A stretch of DNA of 64,000 bases, from the IMG/VR virus record IMGVR_UViG_3300020048_000104, positions 9,084 to 73,083 of that record; one strand, written 5' to 3'. This DNA comes from a virus. Taxonomy: Duplodnaviria; Caudoviricetes. Below are positions 58,801-64,000 of this stretch, piece after piece. The notes under the pieces are model-generated. The model was not told where the DNA came from and made no database searches. It worked only from the letters and a program-made list of their open reading frames with translations. The translations under genes were made by a program, and so were the position numbers. Every line of letters starts with the position of its first letter. Position 1 is the stretch's first letter.

Positions 58801-59655
58801 TTATTTCTTTTTAGTTGGTACTAGACACTTCCAACCTAGAGAATTTATTTCAATATTCCAATTATATCTTTCATTTAACCAAAAGCTATCTTTCGTACTA
58901 GGTTCAGCCTTATGCTTTATAATATACACATTATCTAATAATACACCAACTTCGTCGTATACAACTCTACTTAAATCAACACTACCATCATCTTGTTTAA
59001 GATATTTAGATACAATTGGTAATTGCTCTTTAGTACATTCTCCAAACATTGCATCAACTTCTTCTTGTGTCAGCTCAATATAATATTCTAATGGATTTCT
59101 AGCACCATATCTTTCTAAGTTCATTTTCCATGCAGAACAAGCTACTGAATGTATTTCTTTTAATCCTGCTCTACTTAATCTTTGTGTTTCCATAATTTTA
59201 TTTTTTTCTTTTTTAACTATTTCAGCCCATTTACCCCTGTAATAGATATCAGGTACCATACAAGGATTATTAGGAATTTCACCATATGCCATTATATTAC
59301 TAATTCCATAGCTACTTGGTTTACCAGTCAATTCTATTTCACAACCTGTATGTATTGATTTAATAACTGTGCCAATAGGATAATGTTTTTCTGCATAAGC
59401 TAATCTACCCTCATTAGTGGTCATATCAAACTCTTCTTCAGGTAATTCAATGATTTCTGCGTTATAAGCATTAACCTTATTTAAAGAATAACTAAGAAAC
59501 TCACCATTAATTACACCATAATAAATACAAGTATCACCTTCATCTTCACACAGTTGCCCCCAAGACCCTTTGGTGTCCACACCTTGTGAGTTCCAATATT
59601 CAATTACTTTTTTACCGTGCTCTATATTAAGCACTTTAATTACTTGATTTTTCAT
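58801..59655 (-). CDS. Mosaic hypothetical protein
   Basis: 284 aa made of short modules ending in AEII/AEIV. Confidence 0.65.
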   Translation of the reverse strand: MKNQVIKVLNIEHGKKVIEYWNSQGVDTKGSWGQLCEDEGDTCIYYGVINGEFLSYSLNKVNAYNAEIIELPEEEFDMTTNEGRLAYAEKHYPIGTVIKSIHTGCEIELTGKPSSYGISNIMAYGEIPNNPCMVPDIYYRGKWAEIVKKEKNKIMETQRLSRAGLKEIHSVACSAWKMNLERYGARNPLEYYIELTQEEVDAMFGECTKEQLPIVSKYLKQDDGSVDLSRVVYDEVGVLLDNVYIIKHKAEPSTKDSFWLNERYNWNIEINSLGWKCLVPTKKK

Positions 59656-59681
59656 AGCTTTTGTATTACATTGTATAAAAA

Positions 59682-59697
59682 TGCTGTCTTTCCAGCA
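59682..59697 (-). other. Small hairpin UGCUG-GAAAGA-CAGCA in the 5' leader of the 284-aa gene
   Basis: Perfect 5-bp stem with GAAAGA loop, about 27 nt upstream of the ATG. Confidence 0.35.
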
Positions 59698-59994
59698 GTC
59701 ACCTTACAAAATACTCCACCAATGGACACCTGTTGTACCTCTAAGGCTGATAGAACTATCGACTGTTCTGTACTATAAGGGTTTCTGGAATCGAACCAGT
59801 TTCGTAAACGGATAAGGTATTAACTTTATCCGTTTATATCAATTCTAAATGGATCGCTACTCCTAGATTTTAAATATTTATGGTTTTACGCAATTTATTA
59901 GAATTGATAAGTCATTACTATAAGGATCGTTACTCCAAAGGATGTTCATCGAATAACATTTATTTTTAGTTTAACGCAATTTAATAGTAACTAG

Positions 59995-60074
59995 CAGTCA
60001 TGACAAGATTCAAACTTGTGTGTGCACATATCATCTATGTATATGTTACAGCCTAATCACTCAGCCACATGACT
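59995..60074 (-). ncRNA. tRNA-like element (non-canonical)
   Basis: Acceptor AGUCAUG/CAUGACU, D arm GCU-GAGUGAUUA-GGC and T arm ACAAG-UUUGAAU-CUUGU; anticodon arm elongated with a 9-nt loop; no CCA. Confidence 0.55.
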
Positions 60075-60079
60075 ATAAA

Positions 60080-60179
60080 TAAATATGTTTGTTTATAAGT
60101 TCTTCGCATATATCTTGCGTAAACAACCTGGAATTAACTAACGTACGACTTCCAGAACTTTCTTCGTACTACATATTTA
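60080..60179. ncRNA. Compact multi-helix, double-pseudoknot-like element
   Basis: Six complementary pairs: 60080-88/60171-79, 60089-95/60120-26, 60105-08/60116-19, 60097-103/60154-60, 60128-33/60150-55 and 60143-48/60164-69. Confidence 0.5.
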
Positions 60180-60186
60180 AGTTTTT

Positions 60187-60233
60187 GAAGCTAGGACTTG
60201 AACCTAGATGAGAGCACTTGTAACCTCTACTTC
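60187..60233 (-). ncRNA. Minimal tRNA-like (T-loop) element
   Basis: GAAG/CUUC closing stem, AGAG..CUCU hairpin and canonical T arm CUAGG-UUCAAGU-CCUAG. Confidence 0.4.
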
Positions 60234-60243
60234 GTCATAATTT

Positions 60244-60269
60244 TAAATAAAAACAGGAAGCAACCTGTT
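60244..60269 (-). terminator. Probable intrinsic terminator within the non-coding region
   Basis: AACAGG-UUGCUU-CCUGUU followed by UUUAUUU. Confidence 0.5.
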
Positions 60270-60612
60270 CATTCAGATTGTGTTACATTTCGCTGACCTC
60301 TAGTGCGTAACACTTCTTTTTGTTGTGAGGTAACCTAATCACCCATGCCTTTGGGTCAATCTGTTTTGTACATATTTCCCTTTAGTACTTAGGTCCAGCC
60401 CTCATTTATCTGGTGCATTCAATGTATATTTCAACATAAGGGAAGAACAATAATAAATCCCTGTACTCTCAGTAAGTAATACACAATGGACTTTAACCAT
60501 TTTTTGCTGATGTAAACATCTGTGTATCTAACTCCTAAACAACTACACTCTGAATGTGTATCAATAGCGGTGTCACAGACTATTTAGTTTATTCATTAGC
60601 AGGGAAATGTTT

Positions 60613-61032
60613 TTAAATAATTGTATAATCCATGTGACAACTACTCAAATCATCGTAAAAATTAAAACTTATAGAAGTTTTTGTATAATTAGGAAAATCA
60701 TAAGTTAATGATAACAAGTCTAAATTCTTTTGACTTGTTGGAGTTACTACTATTTCATCAGAATAATTACAATTTATAGCTACTGAATACCAAGTATGAT
60801 AGTCTAATTCATAGAAATGAATACCATAATCATCTTCAGAATCTTTTAATAATACATTTCTATATTCTTCAGTATTAACAGTAGATTTTATTCTGATGTC
60901 ATTATACTTAACTAATTCTTCTAATGCTTTATTATAAAATTCTACAGCTAAATCTTCACTAGAAAATACATCTATTTGAGGATCACTATAACCCTCTCCA
61001 TTGGTTACTTGTACTATTAAATATTTCTTCAT
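60613..61032 (-). CDS. Hypothetical protein
   Basis: 139 aa; ATGA-coupled. Confidence 0.6.
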   Translation of the reverse strand: MKKYLIVQVTNGEGYSDPQIDVFSSEDLAVEFYNKALEELVKYNDIRIKSTVNTEEYRNVLLKDSEDDYGIHFYELDYHTWYSVAINCNYSDEIVVTPTSQKNLDLLSLTYDFPNYTKTSISFNFYDDLSSCHMDYTII

Positions 61033-61235
61033 TGTCCTAATTCTTCTAGTTTAGTTAAATAATAATCATACCATCTGTTAAAATGTTCTTGAATATGTTC
61101 TTTGTATATAAAACACTCTTGTGTTTCGTATTCATACATTTCAGAAGAATCAATAATATCTAATTCTAATTGTGTACGATCATGAGCTAATTCACAAGCT
61201 ACCTCAATTTTATTAATTCTTAATGTTTCACTCAT
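61029..61235 (-). CDS. Hypothetical protein
   Basis: 68 aa; ATGA-coupled. Confidence 0.55.
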   Translation of the reverse strand: MSETLRINKIEVACELAHDRTQLELDIIDSSEMYEYETQECFIYKEHIQEHFNRWYDYYLTKLEELGQ

Positions 61236-62104
61236 AGAATAATAGAATTACAAAAAGCTAATGATTTTTGATTCATGTCATATCCACTACCACTAATTAA
61301 CGATTCAATTCTACCATTATCTCTACGAGGAACAGAAATAGAATGAGTTGTGTAAGATGTTACTCCAGAATGCAAACCCCAAAGATTATTACCCTTATCA
61401 TTCATTTCTTTTTCTAAATGTTCATACAATGCTTCCATTGAGTTTAATGATCTAGTAGACTTTTCTTTTGTTAATTCAGGAGTATGTAATTTATCAAATC
61501 CTAATAAATTAAGAACTAACTTAGATGCTAAATCTCTACTAATATCAGTAGATTGGAATCTTTTATATAATTCTATTTGCCTCATAGACTCAGCTAATGC
61601 ATTCTCTATAATAGAAGGAATAGTTAGTATTCTTTCTTTTAAAGATGATGAATGCATAAACTTTGTAGAAGATGCTTTATAGAACTTATAAAATTGATTT
61701 GAACAACTTAATGTTAAATCTCCAATACCTATTGATAATCCTGATGAACTATCATTAGAGTCAAGAATAGTGATGTATTTTTCAACATCATCTTTACCTA
61801 CTTTCGAAAGTCCTTCTATTTTAAGTTGTAAATAAATCTTACGACCATCATTAATAGAACCTCCTTTTTGTACACTTACTTTACCATTAAAAGATTCTAT
61901 TCCTTGTAACACTAATTCTACTAAATCTCTGTTTTGAGATACTGTATATCCTTCTTTAACAGTATTTATGACATTACCTGATTTACTATTAAGTAATCCG
62001 TAATAAGGACTTTTTACCATAGATACACCTGTATCGGCATACAATGGTAACTTTTCAATGGTAAAGTCCAAACCATTATTTACTAAAATTTCATCTACAG
62101 TCAT
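61232..62104 (-). CDS. DUF932-family phage/plasmid protein
   Basis: GLDFTIEKLPL, GYTVSQN, KGGSINDGRKIY, LSCSNQF and LWGLHSGVTSY. Confidence 0.75.
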   Translation of the reverse strand: MTVDEILVNNGLDFTIEKLPLYADTGVSMVKSPYYGLLNSKSGNVINTVKEGYTVSQNRDLVELVLQGIESFNGKVSVQKGGSINDGRKIYLQLKIEGLSKVGKDDVEKYITILDSNDSSSGLSIGIGDLTLSCSNQFYKFYKASSTKFMHSSSLKERILTIPSIIENALAESMRQIELYKRFQSTDISRDLASKLVLNLLGFDKLHTPELTKEKSTRSLNSMEALYEHLEKEMNDKGNNLWGLHSGVTSYTTHSISVPRRDNGRIESLISGSGYDMNQKSLAFCNSIIL

Positions 62105-62115
62105 TCTTTTTTATT

Positions 62116-62301
62116 TTACGAACCACATGATAAACACTCGTCATCATCTAATTCAGGATTATCAACTATTTCAGGATTCAATATTTTCTTCAATTCATAT
62201 ATTTCCTGTTGTGTTTCCATATCAGTAAATAAATCACCTGTCAATTTATTTTTCAATATTTGAATCTGTTCTCTTATTTCATTTTCTGACATATTGTACA
62301 A
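62116..62301 (-). CDS. Small protein with C-terminal CxxC (CLSCGS)
   Basis: 61 aa; LTGDLFTDME...ECLSCGS. Confidence 0.6.
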   Translation of the reverse strand: MYNMSENEIREQIQILKNKLTGDLFTDMETQQEIYELKKILNPEIVDNPELDDDECLSCGS

Positions 62302-62303
62302 AT

Positions 62304-62334
62304 AAAAACCCTGTGATAAATGAATACCACAGGG
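62304..62334 (-). terminator. Probable intrinsic terminator
   Basis: CCCTGTG...CACAGGG stem followed by TTTTT on the minus strand. Confidence 0.5.
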
Positions 62335-62354
62335 CTGATAAATAATAGGAATTA

Positions 62355-62816
62355 TTATATATTGTTGATTTTCTCAATTCTATATGTTAATTCTTTGATT
62401 TCTTTTTCTAAGTTTTCTAATTTCTCAGAATGTTGTTTAGTAGCTTTTTCAATAGATTCTTGAATATCTTCTACTTCTTGAGTAGCTTTTTCAATTCCTG
62501 CTAAGTATTGTGCTCTATATAATTTTTGTGATTCTCTAGTAGATCCTATTACTTCAGGATTTACATTCAACCATGCATTATCAAGAGTTAATTTAGCATC
62601 TTCTAAATTATCATTTAGTCTACCAAGTAAGGCATCTTGCTCAAAATTTAATGAACCAATGTTATGTTGTCTTCTTGAGATTTCAGACTTTAATTCTTTT
62701 TCTAAACCTATGAAAAAGCTATCTACTTTACCATCATCTCCAACATTAAAAAATGCTAATACTCTACGAGTAATGTTAAATTTACTCTTTACTTCTGTGT
62801 TGTTTACTTCACTCAT
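62355..62816 (-). CDS. Coiled-coil hypothetical protein
   Basis: 153 aa with heptad periodicity. Confidence 0.6.
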   Translation of the reverse strand: MSEVNNTEVKSKFNITRRVLAFFNVGDDGKVDSFFIGLEKELKSEISRRQHNIGSLNFEQDALLGRLNDNLEDAKLTLDNAWLNVNPEVIGSTRESQKLYRAQYLAGIEKATQEVEDIQESIEKATKQHSEKLENLEKEIKELTYRIEKINNI

Positions 62817-62838
62817 CTTATTTTGATTTTAAAAATTA

Positions 62839-63906
62839 CTACTTAAATTGTTTACTTACTCTTACTGGTTTTACATCTAGTAAGATTAGATGCGAAGATA
62901 CAGTTTCTTCTTTACATAAATCAGGAACTTTAAAAGATTGTTCTGGTGTCATAGGATAATCACGCATATGTTGTACATGTTGATCCACCCAAGAATAAAT
63001 AGTATCTGGGTGAGTATCACGGACTTCAGTGTAGTCACTGTGTTTAAGCACCCAATCATCTTCAATATTAAAAATATAGTCATTTCTTAACAGACATTCA
63101 TCTGTAATAATACCCCTTATTTCTACCCATTGTCCGAAATATTTATCCATTTCACCATTAGAACACCAATGGGTAGGTCTACCTTCTTCAGGTTCATCAA
63201 TAATTTTCACCCACTGACCTACTTTTAATTCAGTAGGAATTGCAGGTTTCACATCAACATACTTATCTGCTTTAATACAAGCATCAAGATGTTCTATTTC
63301 ATCTTCTGTTGAATATCTCCAGGTTCTATAGTCAGTAGTATATAAAGTGTCATTACGCTTATAATATGCTCTTTTTTTAAACCCTAAGACAGGTGAGTTT
63401 CTAAGTCTACATTCTTCATATTCATCAAATCCAAGAACTTTTGTAATAAATACATCTTCAGATGAACTGTCTGTAATAGTAATATACCTACTTATTTGAG
63501 GCTTATCTTGTTCTTTAATAGTAAATCTATCAGGATGATTATAAGGTAAGAACTTTTGTATAACTGACAAGTCATCTAATAATTTATATCTTTCTATAAA
63601 TGAATTATCATTCAAACTTCCACTATAAACTTCTTGATATGTACCGATACTCCATATAACATTAGCGGTTTTTTTACTTATTGCTTTAATAAATAAACCT
63701 TTTGTCTTTTTAGCTTCGTACCATTTACCTATTTGAAATTCTTCTTTAGACTCTTCAATGATTTCAGCATACTTTTTTGATTGGCTACAATACAATTCTC
63801 TTTCTCCATTACGTGTATAAATGTACCCTTTATCATTCATGTATATACTGTTAACATCATCTTCTGTAAGTAATGCTTTAGATCCTAGTGTTGATCTGAT
63901 TTTCAT
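62839..63906 (-). CDS. Mosaic hypothetical protein
   Basis: 355 aa made of short modules; true N-terminus may start at 63953 via a homopolymer slip (see findings). Confidence 0.65.
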   Translation of the reverse strand: MKIRSTLGSKALLTEDDVNSIYMNDKGYIYTRNGERELYCSQSKKYAEIIEESKEEFQIGKWYEAKKTKGLFIKAISKKTANVIWSIGTYQEVYSGSLNDNSFIERYKLLDDLSVIQKFLPYNHPDRFTIKEQDKPQISRYITITDSSSEDVFITKVLGFDEYEECRLRNSPVLGFKKRAYYKRNDTLYTTDYRTWRYSTEDEIEHLDACIKADKYVDVKPAIPTELKVGQWVKIIDEPEEGRPTHWCSNGEMDKYFGQWVEIRGIITDECLLRNDYIFNIEDDWVLKHSDYTEVRDTHPDTIYSWVDQHVQHMRDYPMTPEQSFKVPDLCKEETVSSHLILLDVKPVRVSKQFK

Positions 63907-64000
63907 ACCTACCTTGTATTTTTCTTTACAGATTTCCAGTGGTGTTTTTTCATTTGTTATCTTTTATGAATGTTATTTTATACAGTTGTGTCAATGTCAT

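Noticed and set aside
257-59083. Short antisense or nested ORFs in the track (for example 257-604 -, 3625-3810 -, 4118-4405 -, 7960-8160 -, 13870-14061 +, 14795-15136 -, 20074-20403 -, 37313-37720 +, 49652-50141 +, 54660-55884 +, 56990-57771 +, 58341-58526 +, 58784-59083 +)
   Set aside because: They are fully overlapped by well-supported genes, run against local gene polarity or are frame shadows, and have no recognisable motifs.
59770-60074. Functional tRNA or tmRNA genes
   Set aside because: No canonical 7-nt anticodon loop, no CCA, and no GGGG 5' acceptor or G3-U70 pair; kept only as tRNA-like elements.
60080-60179. HDV-like/theta ribozyme next to tRNA-like elements
   Set aside because: The plus strand has a superficially similar helix order, but there is no 5' G-U wobble, no conserved L3 (UUCxCG-like) and no J4/2 catalytic C segment.
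60205-60230. Twister ribozyme (GGUUACAAG resembles its P4 loop)
   Set aside because: The following GCC and the UAA/pseudoknot consensus elements are missing.
1-64000. Stop-codon reassignment as seen in some crAss-like clades
   Set aside because: Long conserved genes are intact in code 11 and terminate with TAA, TAG and TGA; the apparent breaks in polB and the helicase are explained by introns.
1-64000. CRISPR array, DGR/reverse transcriptase, integrase or transposase
   Set aside because: No regularly spaced repeats and no RT, recombinase or transposase motifs recognised.

Overview
This window is about 64 kb of an AT-rich crAss-like (Crassvirales-type) phage genome. A Bacteroidota/Flavobacteriia host is likely, based on TAnnTTTG promoter elements, DUF4494 and a Bacteroidota-type FN3 domain; this is inference. 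Standard genetic code fits all ORFs. Two convergent gene blocks meet at a bidirectional terminator near 33.1 kb. The + strand block (1-33102) holds a lysis cassette (unimolecular spanin, two holin-like proteins, patatin phospholipase, GH19 endolysin), neck/tail genes, GH73-bearing cargo proteins and three giant virion proteins. These include a split virion RNA polymerase with a ferritin gene between its halves and an intein in the DFDVD-bearing half. The - strand block (33149-64000) holds replication and nucleotide genes: intein-containing ThyX, ATP-dependent ligase, atypical UNG, PD-(D/E)XK nuclease, RusA-like resolvase, intron-split Dda-like helicase, primase, SSB-like protein, AAA ATPase, DnaB, SF2 helicase and intron-split PolB. 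It also carries a free-standing HNH endonuclease, many small hypothetical genes and a ~950 nt ORF-free region packed with RNA structures. Terminase, portal and major capsid genes are not in the window. The most unusual observations are Cys-tipped head-to-tail termini on the giant virion proteins, the structured ncRNA array (tRNA-like folds and a double pseudoknot), a natural Tyr-to-Ala UNG pocket variant, a kissing-loop element in front of the HNH gene, and a phospholipase embedded in the lysis operon. All protein calls rest on motif recognition by eye; no database searches were run.
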